DNA of 64,000 nucleotides from Paludibacteraceae bacterium (GCA_024399615.1 JAKSNQ010000001.1:6154-70153), one strand, 5' to 3'. Counted from the first letter of the stretch, positions 20,001-29,113 are shown. Numbers and translations are program-made. Notes: a model not told the origin generated them from the sequence alone.

Positions 20001-20766
20001 GACGAGCAGGTTGATAAGTATGGAAATAGCCTTCTGAGAGGAAGCCTGGAGTACCATGACGCAATACGCCATACGCACCGCGATAAGGGATGCCATTGGC
20101 ATAAGAAGTCACATCCCAACCGGTGAAGTCCATGTCAGCACGGGCATTGTGCGAAGTCAACGAATAAGCCGTGGCAGGGTCCAAACCGGAAGCCGCAAGT
20201 TCATAGATATAGGGCCACATCGTGATAGCACGCTGCTTACTGTCGCCACAGATGATGGAGCCGTCCTCTTTACCACGATACAGAAGCAACGGATAGTTGG
20301 TGGTGCTGCCATCGGTAGCGGCATTGGAGTGAACGGAAATAAAATAGTCCATATTGTTGGCCTCTACCTCCGTACAAATCTCGGAAAGATTACGGTTGTA
20401 GGTCTCAATATCAGGCAGGTTTTGATACTCTGCCCACGTATAAGCAGGATAATCGCCATTCACCATGGTGTAAGGCCATGGACCACATTGGGTATGGGAC
20501 ATCATGACGTATGCACCTGCTGCACGCAGTTTCTTGGTCAGTTCCAAACATTTCCACATATTGGTGTTTGACTCATAGAAACCCAGCGTATCCGGCATCT
20601 GGGTGGTTGGCAGATTGGGGAATGGTATAGTAGCCATAGGGCGGTCGTTAGGGCCCCATGAGCCGTGGCCTGGATTCACGTATATACGTTTGCCTGTCAG
20701 GTCAGTAGCATGGGCCATCAGTCCCACTGACGCTACTGCCAAAAGGGTAAGAAATAGCTTTTTCAT
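17065..20766 (-). CDS. secreted multidomain N-acetylmuramoyl-L-alanine amidase with T9SS-type C-terminal sorting motif
   Basis: Signal peptide MKKLFLTLLAVASVGLMAHA. Amidase_3 motifs NPGHGSWG, FYESNTN, FISVHSNAA. CarboxypepD_reg-like segment. C-terminus KFYIDGKVYIRKGEAIYTTTGLRVK. Start set at the Met preceding the signal peptide. Confidence 0.82.
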   Translation of the reverse strand: MKKLFLTLLAVASVGLMAHATDLTGKRIYVNPGHGSWGPNDRPMATIPFPNLPTTQMPDTLGFYESNTNMWKCLELTKKLRAAGAYVMMSHTQCGPWPYTMVNGDYPAYTWAEYQNLPDIETYNRNLSEICTEVEANNMDYFISVHSNAATDGSTTNYPLLLYRGKEDGSIICGDSKQRAITMWPYIYELAASGLDPATAYSLTSHNARADMDFTGWDVTSYANGIPYRGAYGVLRHGTPGFLSEGYFHTYQPARHRALNKDYCRQEGTRYYRGICAYYNADPETFGYIMGTVKDMDQKFQHQYFKPSPRTNDQWLPCNGATVYLLSEAGDTLKSYQVDNYYNGIFVFDSITPGTYHLAASCPGYFDLDATQMAENVTVTANTTTYPMLYLRNSSWEPDPIVFETYPDKSKDVTGLDGQYNFGAAQTASFASLVAGKEVRQVLVRDDKEAYVLAIDTEAHTSFLYKINPLTGALIQEVSTEGTQGEIYPLYSIDFTADSVLVGCNYTECQFSASEVGNGLQTRGTFRTYYWNMADLSAAPTQWFSSQYSAVYYNAWVGRSFAVSGKLDKANVYTDFMTIYGSTNIRLAMFTTEDKQLVSVVRNQSDANEINENLFGAYTALATPNSDEEVMLLGATKSMEYGFTTDGQFPDVHFNLPAAKGAGAFKYGGKSVLAAVQYANGAVTGVNLYNFTEGMAEATVTTTNISLNQPTTYYSVKPLADGKNIILYVATDDAIYRYTTVGQAQPKFTNIYAYGLDLTQNAEGATFTFTLNTDPISADLIIYNENAREIKRVAVANAQKGLNTLTLAPAELPRDSDLTWAIEATAPTVGNWSVIAQKTPAECAGTRIFNAVNIYPQTENFGTIYLMDRAGANDQRSGLHIMTPDFVLENETAYKGGQSYYGSPYRFGIASDGALFIGDWADPHSGVYVAEEADVRTLHTAFFAGSQNSSGLWKSNGVEEGSSTSSVYVYGTGADTKLLVYNEDPGATLPENGLCVYNIGQENDSILHFWDGAPSQKITFAGQANTNGNVWGCSQGVWVSQHRSAGNNNSSATSLRFYTWEGECTYTSHLAPVDEYEALIIEGSLGSCFALSPDEKTLILNGCDNEFLVFNVNWNGSTPTLNLAYRYKHSEISDNGVGDGNGYGLLQMNWDYAQNLIITGQSGLIAYALPKDINKSLTPAKASLLLNKRGAENPESGLEDVFTDSPAEKFYIDGKVYIRKGEAIYTTTGLRVK

Positions 20767-20807
20767 ATTCTCAATGGTATTTGAAAATCTCATTGGTAAA
20801 CACACGT

Positions 20808-21647
20808 TTATTCAACCGTTATCATATAGGTTTCTCCTTGCAAGCCTGAGCAAACAATCTTGCCCGTTGCGGCATAAGGATACATGGCTACAATGCCCGA
20901 AGTCAACACTTGATGGTCGCCCTGCAGGTTAACCGCTACAATCTCTGACGAGAGTACCACTTCGCCATTATCCTTGTCGTTCATGCCTACGATGACGTTG
21001 TTGTTGTACCACTGTGGAGCTCGAACACCGCGACCCAAAAACATCAGATTTTGGCCATGCAAATCAGATACATATGCGCCCTTGCCGGACACATAGAACA
21101 GAACGCGTTGACCATCAGGAGATAGAGAAGGCCAGATGTAAGAATACTGTTCACCTAAAGGCGAGAGTTGACTGGTCACACCACCAATGGTAATCATCAA
21201 CTGACGATCTTCGATTGACAAAACAGGACGAGCAGCCTCCATGTTGTCAGTCAAAGCCAATGGACGAGGAGAACGGGTAGGAGCGGCCAATCGCTTAGCC
21301 TGCTGCTCACCAAAAGTACGTTTCATCATCTGAGTCGTAAACGTCTTATCCTTAGCAAGGACACGCTCACGATAGATTACCGACTGACCATCAGCGGCGA
21401 TTTGTGCATTGAAACCTGCACCGGCAGCCTCTGACAAAACTTCCGTTTTGCCTGTTGCCACATCCACTTTCTTCAGTCCCTTGTTGTCGTTGCCGGTCAG
21501 CAAGACGAACGAGCCATCTTGGCTGATTCCTGCCACCTTTACGTCGCCCGAAGGGAGATTCAGACGCTCAACGGATTGAACGTTGAGCACTTGGGCAGAA
21601 GCCATTGTTGCAATAGCCAAACCCAAAGAGAGTAAAATCTTTTTCAT
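20808..21647 (-). CDS. PD40/TolB-like beta-propeller repeat protein
   Basis: Signal peptide. Repeated ISQDGSFVLL, IAADGQSVIY and LSPDGQRVLFYVS motifs. Confidence 0.7.
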   Translation of the reverse strand: MKKILLSLGLAIATMASAQVLNVQSVERLNLPSGDVKVAGISQDGSFVLLTGNDNKGLKKVDVATGKTEVLSEAAGAGFNAQIAADGQSVIYRERVLAKDKTFTTQMMKRTFGEQQAKRLAAPTRSPRPLALTDNMEAARPVLSIEDRQLMITIGGVTSQLSPLGEQYSYIWPSLSPDGQRVLFYVSGKGAYVSDLHGQNLMFLGRGVRAPQWYNNNVIVGMNDKDNGEVVLSSEIVAVNLQGDHQVLTSGIVAMYPYAATGKIVCSGLQGETYMITVE

Positions 21648-21692
21648 GGTTTAATAAAATATTGTAAAGGAAGATATTTTTGTTTGCTTAAT

Positions 21693-23282
21693 TTATTCAT
21701 GATGTTCTTGCGCATGAGGATAATCTATTGTATAGTGCAATCCACGACTTTCTTTGCGCTCCAATGCCTGGCGGGTGATCAAATACCCCACATTAATCAT
21801 ATTGCGCAACTCGCAGATTTCCTTGGTAGGCTTCACTCGACGGAACAAATCCTCGGTTTCTTCATACAGCAAATCCAAGCGCTCCCACGCGCGGCGCAGA
21901 CGAAGGTCCGAACGAACAATTCCTACATAGGTGGACATAATCTGACCTACTTCCTTGACGTCTTGCGCAATCAGCACTTTTTCTTCTACCGACATTGTGC
22001 CTTCATCGTTCCACTCCGGCACTTTCTCGTTGAACGAATAGGAATCCACCACCTGAAGTGAGTGCTTCGCTGCCGCATCGGCATAGACAACCGCTTCGAT
22101 GAGCGAGTTGCTGGCCAATCGGTTGCCGCCATGCAATCCCGTGCAAGAACATTCACCAACAGCGTAGAGGCGATGAATACTGCTCTCAGCATCCAAGTTC
22201 ACCTTAATGCCTCCGCACATATAGTGCGCGCAAGGCGCCACAGGAATATATTCCTTGGTGATATCAATGCCGATGCTGAGGCATTTGGCATAAATATTAG
22301 GGAAATGATGCTTGGTTTCCTCCGGATCTTTGTGGGTAACGTCCAAACAAACATGATCCAAAGCATGCACCTTCATCTCGTTATCAATAGCGCGGGCAAC
22401 GATGTCACGAGGCGCGAGGGAAAGGCGCTCATCGTATTTCTGCATGAACTCTTCGCCATTGGGCAGACGCAGTATGCCTCCGTAACCACGCATTGCCTCG
22501 GTGATGAGGTAGGCAGGATGGGTCTCATCCGGATTATAAAGAGCTGTAGGGTGAAATTGCACAAATTCCATATCCTGTACACGCCCCTTGGCACGATACA
22601 CCATCGCGATGCCGTCACCAGTAGCAATATTGGGGTTGGTGGTAGTGGCATAAACCGAGCCCGTACCTCCAGTGGCCATGAGGGTCACTTTGGCCAAATA
22701 AGTATCCACTTTCTGAGTTTCAGGATTGAGAATATAGGCACCATAGCACTCTACATCGGGAGTTCGGCGAGTGACACGAACGCCCAAATGATGCTGAGTA
22801 ATAATCTCCACCGCAAAATGATTTTCAAAAACATCAATATACGGATTGCTACGAACAGCCTCCATCAAACCACGCTGAATCTCAAAGCCGGTATCATCGG
22901 CATGGTGGAGGATACGGAACTGGCCATGACCACCCTCACGGTGCAAGTCAAAACTGCCATCCTCTTTCTTGTCAAAATTCACGCCCCAATTCACCAACTC
23001 CATAATCTGCTCAGGTGCATTTGTAACAACTTGACGAACGGCATCCAAATCACTAATCCAGTCGCCTGCAACCATCGTGTCATGAATATGCTGATCAAAA
23101 TCGTCGACCAACAGATTGGTTACTGAGGCGATACCACCTTGCGCTTTAGCGGTATTAGCTTCGTCTAAGGTTGTCTTGCAACACAAAGCAATCGAGTATT
23201 TCTTTTCACGCGCCACCTTGAGCGCAAAACTCATACCAGCGACACCGCCACCGATAATCAGAAAGTCGTATTTTTTTACCAT
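21693..23282 (-). CDS. nadB: L-aspartate oxidase
   Basis: 529 aa. FAD motif YDFLIIGGGVAGMSFA. Succinate dehydrogenase/fumarate reductase flavoprotein-like core. Confidence 0.93.
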   Translation of the reverse strand: MVKKYDFLIIGGGVAGMSFALKVAREKKYSIALCCKTTLDEANTAKAQGGIASVTNLLVDDFDQHIHDTMVAGDWISDLDAVRQVVTNAPEQIMELVNWGVNFDKKEDGSFDLHREGGHGQFRILHHADDTGFEIQRGLMEAVRSNPYIDVFENHFAVEIITQHHLGVRVTRRTPDVECYGAYILNPETQKVDTYLAKVTLMATGGTGSVYATTTNPNIATGDGIAMVYRAKGRVQDMEFVQFHPTALYNPDETHPAYLITEAMRGYGGILRLPNGEEFMQKYDERLSLAPRDIVARAIDNEMKVHALDHVCLDVTHKDPEETKHHFPNIYAKCLSIGIDITKEYIPVAPCAHYMCGGIKVNLDAESSIHRLYAVGECSCTGLHGGNRLASNSLIEAVVYADAAAKHSLQVVDSYSFNEKVPEWNDEGTMSVEEKVLIAQDVKEVGQIMSTYVGIVRSDLRLRRAWERLDLLYEETEDLFRRVKPTKEICELRNMINVGYLITRQALERKESRGLHYTIDYPHAQEHHE

Positions 23283-23347
23283 GGGTAAAAGATTGAGTAA
23301 AACTGGTTATAATTCAAAAAAGTTGGAAATATTTCCAATACGCATTG

Positions 23348-23355
23348 CAAAGTTA
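23348..23355 (-). promoter_or_regulatory. -7 box TAACTTTG for nadB (minus strand)
   Basis: Reverse complement of caaagtta. The -33 region is only CTTG-like (tgcaagaaaaat), so this is weaker. Confidence 0.45.
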
Positions 23356-23392
23356 CTGCTATTTCGCGAAATGTGCAAGAAAAATCGGTTTT

Positions 23393-23425
23393 TTTTGCAT
23401 ATTTAAAAAAAAAAGCGTACCTTTG
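23393..23425 (+). promoter_or_regulatory. Bacteroidota-type promoter upstream of dacB
   Basis: TTTG 23393-23396, 21-nt spacer, TACCTTTG 23418-23425. Confidence 0.6.
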
Positions 23426-23463
23426 TCCGCTATTTTATGTTACGAATGATGTATTTTATCGAT

Positions 23464-24903
23464 ATGAAACACCTCTTACTCTTCGTTTTGACACTATTAA
23501 GTGCCAGTTTGTCTTGGGCTCAAAGGACAACAGCCAAGACCTTTTTTGAGACTCATCCCGTGACCCAAAATGCCAACGTAGGCCTGCTGATTGTAGATGT
23601 GGCATCAGGTGAAGTAATCGACGCATACCGCGAGCATAACCTATTGCCAACGGCTTCAACAATGAAGGTGGTCAGCACCTGCACAGCTTTGGAGTTATTA
23701 GGGCCGGATTTCCGATGGAGCACCTTCATAGAGACCGATGGAACATTGAGCAACGGAGTTCTGAACGGCAACTTGTATATCCGAGGCACAGGTGACCCCA
23801 CCCTCATGTCAGAGAAAGTAGGTGACACCACTTTTATGCAAAAATGGGTGAAAGAAATTCAGAAATCAGGCATTCGCCAGATTGATGGTGCAGTAATAGC
23901 AGACCTGAGCATGTGGGATAATAATGATGCCGCCAATGGCGGCTGGACGTGGGAAGATATCGGCAACTATTACGGCATGGGTGTATTTCCACTCAACTAT
24001 TATGACAACACCATGAAGATCTATTTCCGCACAGGCGAAAACGGATCGATAGCCCAAGTAGAAAAAACCATACCAGACGTACCCGGCATGCATTTTCGCA
24101 GCAGCGTACGGTGCTGCAAAGACGTAACATGGGACGATGCGTACGTACAAGGTATCCCTTTTCATAACTTTCGCCAATTGACAGGACGTATTCCCGCCAA
24201 TCGCGGTCTATTCAGCACTTCCGGTGATATTCCAAACCCCGGTCTATTGCTGGCCCAACATCTGACAACCGCACTAAAAGATGCAGGGATAATGGTCAAA
24301 AATCATGCTGAGTTTCTATTTGACAAAACCACCAAACAACCGGAACGAACACTGATTTACGAGCACCATTCACCAAAACTAAGCGATGTAATTTACGAAA
24401 CAAACCAGTCGTCCAACAATCTCTATGCCGAAAGCATCTTCCGTACCTTAGGTGCACAAAAAGGATTACCGGCCACTGTTTCTCACTCGCGGGATGTGGT
24501 AGAGGACTGCTGGAAGACACGCGGAGTAGACTTCAAGCAGGTATTCCAATATGACGGATGCGGTTTAGCGCCACAAAATGGTATCGCGCCAGCCACCTTC
24601 GTCAGTCTGCTCAGATATATGTACACTTCGTCCAACTACCCTGTGTTTTTTGCCTCGCTTCCGATATCAGGAAAGACCGGAACCGGCAAGTATTTTTTGG
24701 CAAAAACCCGCTTAGAAAACAAAGTGTTCGCCAAGTCGGGCAGTATTGCTCATTTGAAATCATACACGGGTTACATCCATTTAGACGATGGTCGTATATG
24801 GGCATTCTCAGTGGTGGTAAACAATGGCGATGGATCGGGCACAAAGGTGCGCAAAGTCATCGAAAACTATCTATTGGAAGTAACGAAAGATGTCGTAAGA
24901 TAA
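23464..24903 (+). CDS. dacB: D-alanyl-D-alanine carboxypeptidase/endopeptidase (PBP4, S13 family)
   Basis: SxxK (ASTMK), SxN (SSNN), KTG (SGKTGTG). Start uncertain: 23437 or 23464, the latter preceding the signal peptide MKHLLLFVLTLLSASLSWA. Confidence 0.85.
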   Translation: MKHLLLFVLTLLSASLSWAQRTTAKTFFETHPVTQNANVGLLIVDVASGEVIDAYREHNLLPTASTMKVVSTCTALELLGPDFRWSTFIETDGTLSNGVLNGNLYIRGTGDPTLMSEKVGDTTFMQKWVKEIQKSGIRQIDGAVIADLSMWDNNDAANGGWTWEDIGNYYGMGVFPLNYYDNTMKIYFRTGENGSIAQVEKTIPDVPGMHFRSSVRCCKDVTWDDAYVQGIPFHNFRQLTGRIPANRGLFSTSGDIPNPGLLLAQHLTTALKDAGIMVKNHAEFLFDKTTKQPERTLIYEHHSPKLSDVIYETNQSSNNLYAESIFRTLGAQKGLPATVSHSRDVVEDCWKTRGVDFKQVFQYDGCGLAPQNGIAPATFVSLLRYMYTSSNYPVFFASLPISGKTGTGKYFLAKTRLENKVFAKSGSIAHLKSYTGYIHLDDGRIWAFSVVVNNGDGSGTKVRKVIENYLLEVTKDVVR

Positions 24904-24936
24904 TCCCATCAAGACACATCATCAGCATCTAATCCA

Positions 24937-25716
24937 ATGATTGAATACGTAGAAGAAATAGCAAGTACCAACACGTACATGCTGCAACGTTGCCAGCACG
25001 AAACATTGCCCCACTTGTACACCCTCTGCACATTTCGTCAAACAGCAGGTAGAGGACAGCGAGGTAATGGTTGGGAGAGTGAACCGAACAAAAACATATC
25101 ATTTACCACAGTGCTGGACACCGCCACGATGCCCGCAGATAAATTATGGAACGTGTCAGTATGTGTGGCCTTAGCAGTAGCAAAAGCGCTTCATCAATAC
25201 GACCTGAACGCCACCATCAAGTGGCCTAACGATATTTACATAGGCGACGAGAAAATATGCGGCATCTTAATCGAAAATGTCATCGTGGGCAATAGCATAC
25301 GCTGTTCGATAGCCGGTGTAGGACTGAACATTAATCAAGAACGCTTTGTCAGCAATGCTCCTAACCCCACGTCAATGCGACTGCAGAAAGGACGCGAATA
25401 TAACAAAGAAATGGTACTACAGACCATTTTAAAGCAATTGGAAGAAATATGGCCACTGATAGAGAGCGATGAGACCGAACTGAAGAGACAGTACTTGCAA
25501 CTGCTTTACCGACGTGAAGGCGAGTGGCAATGGCGCGAGAGAGAGGTAACTACCGCACCAATGATGATAGCAAACGCAGGAGAACAAACGATGGAAATTG
25601 CAGATATCTTCCGAGCTCGAATCGAAAACATTGATGCACAAGGCAGATTGATACTGAGAACATCCCAAGGTATCTGCAAAACATATCAATTCAAAGAAAT
25701 ACAATATATATTATGA
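24937..25716 (+). CDS. birA: biotin--[acetyl-CoA-carboxylase] ligase
   Basis: QTAGRGQRGNGWES motif, KWPNDIY, GIGLN-like AGVGLNIN. No N-terminal HTH, so group I type. Confidence 0.85.
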   Translation: MIEYVEEIASTNTYMLQRCQHETLPHLYTLCTFRQTAGRGQRGNGWESEPNKNISFTTVLDTATMPADKLWNVSVCVALAVAKALHQYDLNATIKWPNDIYIGDEKICGILIENVIVGNSIRCSIAGVGLNINQERFVSNAPNPTSMRLQKGREYNKEMVLQTILKQLEEIWPLIESDETELKRQYLQLLYRREGEWQWREREVTTAPMMIANAGEQTMEIADIFRARIENIDAQGRLILRTSQGICKTYQFKEIQYIL

Positions 25717-26846
25717 AAACGATAGTAATAACCGGTGGCGCAGGTTTTATCGGAAGTCATGTAGTTCGTCTATTTGTAAACAAATATCCAGAGTATAAAA
25801 TCATCTGTTTGGATAAACTGACCTATGCGGGTAATCTGGCTAATCTGAAAGATGTGGAAGACAAGCCCAACTATCAGTTTATAAAAATGGACATTTGCGA
25901 TTTTGACGCTTTCTATCAGTTGATGCAAGACGAGCACGTAGATGGTATCATTCACTTAGCCGCCGAGTCGCACGTGGATCGCAGCATCAAAGACCCATTC
26001 ACGTTCGCACAAACGAACGTAATGGGCACGCTCTCGTTGTTGCAGGCAGCCAAGTTGTATTGGGAAAGTCAACCGGAAAAATACAACGAGAAACGTTTTT
26101 ATCACATCTCGACCGACGAAGTGTATGGTGCATTGGAGTTGACACATCCGGAGGGAATCGAACCGCCTTTCACGACGAAAGCGTCAAGCGGAGAGCACCA
26201 TTTGGCCTATGGCAATGATTTTTTCTACGAGACGACAAAGTATAATCCGCATTCGCCCTATTCGGCATCAAAGGCCAGCTCTGATCACTTTGTTCGGGCT
26301 TTCCACGACACCTATGGAATGCCAACAATAGTGACCAACTGCTCAAACAACTATGGTCCATACCAGTTCCCTGAAAAGCTGATACCACTGTTTATCAACA
26401 ACATACGTCATCGTAAACCATTACCGGTATATGGAAAAGGAGAGAACGTGCGAGATTGGCTGTTCGTAGAAGACCATGCCCGCGCTATCGACGTCATTTT
26501 CCACCAAGGCAACATAGCTGAGACCTACAACATCGGCGGTTTCAACGAGTGGAAAAATATCGACATCATCAAAGTACACATCAACACGGTAGACCGTTTG
26601 TTGGGACGTACAGAAGGCGAGGACTTAGACCTGATTACCTACGTAACCGACCGTGCCGGACATGACATGCGCTACGCCATTGATTCAAGCAAACTACAAC
26701 GCGAATTGGGTTGGGAGCCCTCGCTGCAGTTTGAAGAAGGCATTGAAAAGACTGTCCGATGGTATCTGAATCACCAAGATTGGCTCGACAATATCACGTC
26801 CGGTGACTACGAAAAATACTACGAATCGATGTACAAGAACCGATAA
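25713..26846 (+). CDS. rfbB: dTDP-glucose 4,6-dehydratase
   Basis: ITGGAGFIGSH and YSASKASSDH (YxxxK). ATGA overlap with birA. Confidence 0.93.
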   Translation: MKTIVITGGAGFIGSHVVRLFVNKYPEYKIICLDKLTYAGNLANLKDVEDKPNYQFIKMDICDFDAFYQLMQDEHVDGIIHLAAESHVDRSIKDPFTFAQTNVMGTLSLLQAAKLYWESQPEKYNEKRFYHISTDEVYGALELTHPEGIEPPFTTKASSGEHHLAYGNDFFYETTKYNPHSPYSASKASSDHFVRAFHDTYGMPTIVTNCSNNYGPYQFPEKLIPLFINNIRHRKPLPVYGKGENVRDWLFVEDHARAIDVIFHQGNIAETYNIGGFNEWKNIDIIKVHINTVDRLLGRTEGEDLDLITYVTDRAGHDMRYAIDSSKLQRELGWEPSLQFEEGIEKTVRWYLNHQDWLDNITSGDYEKYYESMYKNR

Positions 26847-26869
26847 ACAACACCATAAATAATTGAACC

Positions 26870-28624
26870 ATGAGACGATACATTCTACTTTTTGCGTGCG
26901 TAGTCACATGCGCGATGATGTTTGCTCAACAGCAACTAACCGCTTTCCCAGGCGCAGAAGGATATGGTAAATTCACCACCGGCGGCCGCGGAGGCAACGT
27001 ATACTACGTCACCCGTTTGGATGATTGTACAGATTCCGACCTGGTGGAGGGCACCTTACGCTGGGCTTTACGTACAGGTGATGACACCCCGCGCACTGTG
27101 GTTTTCAACGTGTGTGGCACTATTTTCTTAACCAGCAAATTGAAACTGCAGCATCCTAATGTAACCATCGCCGGTCAAACCGCGCCAGGTGGCGGCATAT
27201 GCATCGCCGGATGCAACATCTACGTATGTAAGCCCAATGTTATCATTCGACACATTCGCTTCCGTGCAGGCGATATACCCAACTCCAACTACCCTGCGCT
27301 GGACGTAGAGAACACACATAATGTGATTCTGGATCATTGTTCGTTCACATGGTCGATGGAAGAATGCCTAACGATGTACGACTGTGACTCGACCACATTA
27401 CAATGGTCAATTATCGGAGAAGGACTATATAACTCAAAACATAAGAAAGGTCAGCGAGCATATGCTATGCAATGGGGAGGCGAGCACGGAACAATGCACC
27501 ATTGCCTGATTACCAACAGCCTCAGCCGTACTCCACGCTTCAATGGTGTACGCGATGACGCCCAATTGGACAAGGGCAATCACTACCATGACGCATTTGT
27601 CGATTCAGAGTTTGCCAACAATGTAATATATAATTGGGGCAAGAACAACTCAACGTACGGTGGCGAGAACGACACAACTGTCAACAAAGATGCAGATGGC
27701 ATCGCCATCGGATACAACCACGTCTATATGGAGAACAATTACTACCGCTCTGGGCCAGCCACCAAAGCAGCCAAACTCACCGTTCGCTATTTTGTGCAAG
27801 CTACCCGAAAAAAGGATTTCGGACGATGGTACCTGCATGGAAATCTATTCGAGAAAAATGAATTCTGTCATACATCAGCTTGTTGGGCAGACACCACTCT
27901 TTCTCATATTGCGGAAGATAACTTGTGGGGATTTACCAGCAACTCTACCCATAAAGCATTGGTTTTTGACGGTTTAACAGCTAATCAGGACACCTACCGC
28001 CGCTATGTTCTGACCGAAAAATATATCGATACTCACTTGCACGTAGAACCTGCCTACGATGCCTTCTTGGCCGTAGTATCCAACGCAGGTGCCCAATTAC
28101 CACGTTTGGATGAAGAAGATGCACGCCTGCTGGCCGAAGCAGCAGGTACTATCGATCCTGTTTTTGCCGGTCCAACCCTACCTACCCATTTGGGCATCAT
28201 CGATTCGCAAGAGGATATCATCTTCCAACGTAACGACACGTTCGTAGTTGGCACAGACACCATCACAAGTTACCCTTATTTAGGTTTGCTGGAAGGCGAG
28301 ACTATACTTGCAGACATAGACCAGGATGGCATGCCTGACGAATGGGAAACTGCCCATGGACTGAATCCCAATCTGGCTGATGACCGCAACTACTGCACGT
28401 TGTCGCAACTGCCGGGCTACACCAATCTGGAGTACTACCTAAATGGTGGGGAAGGTGAGATGGCCTACCCAATCCCTCAAGCACGCCCAGTACCGAACGC
28501 CAAAACAGCTCTTTGGTATCAAGGCTGGAAAGACGCACAGGTCGACTATTTCTGGCAGAACGGATACATCTACATCCTCAAAAATGGTCAAAAATATACC
28601 ATCATGGGTCAAAAAGTGGACTAA
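26870..28624 (+). CDS. pectate lyase (PL1-like) with C-terminal sorting motif
   Basis: N-terminus QQLTAFPGAEGYGKFTTGGRGGNVYYVTRLDD, parallel beta-helix-like repeats, DQDGMPDEWE motif. C-terminus FWQNGYIYILKNGQKYTIMGQKVD. Confidence 0.78.
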   Translation: MRRYILLFACVVTCAMMFAQQQLTAFPGAEGYGKFTTGGRGGNVYYVTRLDDCTDSDLVEGTLRWALRTGDDTPRTVVFNVCGTIFLTSKLKLQHPNVTIAGQTAPGGGICIAGCNIYVCKPNVIIRHIRFRAGDIPNSNYPALDVENTHNVILDHCSFTWSMEECLTMYDCDSTTLQWSIIGEGLYNSKHKKGQRAYAMQWGGEHGTMHHCLITNSLSRTPRFNGVRDDAQLDKGNHYHDAFVDSEFANNVIYNWGKNNSTYGGENDTTVNKDADGIAIGYNHVYMENNYYRSGPATKAAKLTVRYFVQATRKKDFGRWYLHGNLFEKNEFCHTSACWADTTLSHIAEDNLWGFTSNSTHKALVFDGLTANQDTYRRYVLTEKYIDTHLHVEPAYDAFLAVVSNAGAQLPRLDEEDARLLAEAAGTIDPVFAGPTLPTHLGIIDSQEDIIFQRNDTFVVGTDTITSYPYLGLLEGETILADIDQDGMPDEWETAHGLNPNLADDRNYCTLSQLPGYTNLEYYLNGGEGEMAYPIPQARPVPNAKTALWYQGWKDAQVDYFWQNGYIYILKNGQKYTIMGQKVD

Positions 28625-28668
28625 ATTAGTGGCAATTTTACATTTTTAAGCAAAAAAAAGTACAAATA

Positions 28669-28700
28669 TTTGGTCAATTCAAAAAATTGTAGTACCTTTG
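28669..28700 (+). promoter_or_regulatory. Bacteroidota-type promoter upstream of rpmH
   Basis: TTTG 28669-28672, 20-nt spacer, TACCTTTG 28693-28700. Confidence 0.6.
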
Positions 28701-28796
28701 CAGCCCGAATGTGTGGAGAAACATTCACAAATAGAAACTTTTTAAGTATTACGAGATAATAACACCGCCCTGTGAAGGGCATAAATCTTTAAGAAG

Positions 28797-28961
28797 ATGA
28801 AACGTACATTCCAACCATCACAACGCAAAAGACGTAACAAGCACGGTTTCCGTGAACGTATGATGACCGCTAACGGACGCCGAGTTCTCGCAGCTCGCCG
28901 CGCTAAGGGCCGTAAGAAACTGACCGTTTCTGACGAAGGTCGTCACAAATATTCTTTCTAA
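28797..28961 (+). CDS. rpmH: 50S ribosomal protein L34
   Basis: Not in the ORF track (54 aa). Hand translation: [54 protein letters not shown], the canonical L34 N-terminus. Confidence 0.9.
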   Translation: MKRTFQPSQRKRRNKHGFRERMMTANGRRVLAARRAKGRKKLTVSDEGRHKYSF

Positions 28962-29010
28962 GAGTGACATAACGTAGTCCATCTACGTCATACTTAGGGA
29001 TATACAGAAT

Positions 29011-29050
29011 AGGGAAAAGAGCTTCGTCTCCTTTCCCTTATTTTGCTTTA
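29011..29050 (+). terminator. intrinsic terminator after rpmH
   Basis: Stem AGGGAAAAGAG/CTCCTTTCCCT (10 of 11 bp), 6-nt loop, then TATTTTGCTTT. Confidence 0.7.
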
Positions 29051-29113
29051 AGTTTATAGAGTATTTACACAGACAAGTTAACACTAAACCCACCAACTAC
29101 AAAACAATCACTT

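Noticed and set aside
22062-23126. 354-aa ORF antisense to nadB
   Set aside because: Same reasoning. nadB on the minus strand has the clear FAD-binding and flavoprotein motifs, while the antisense product has none and no promoter box.
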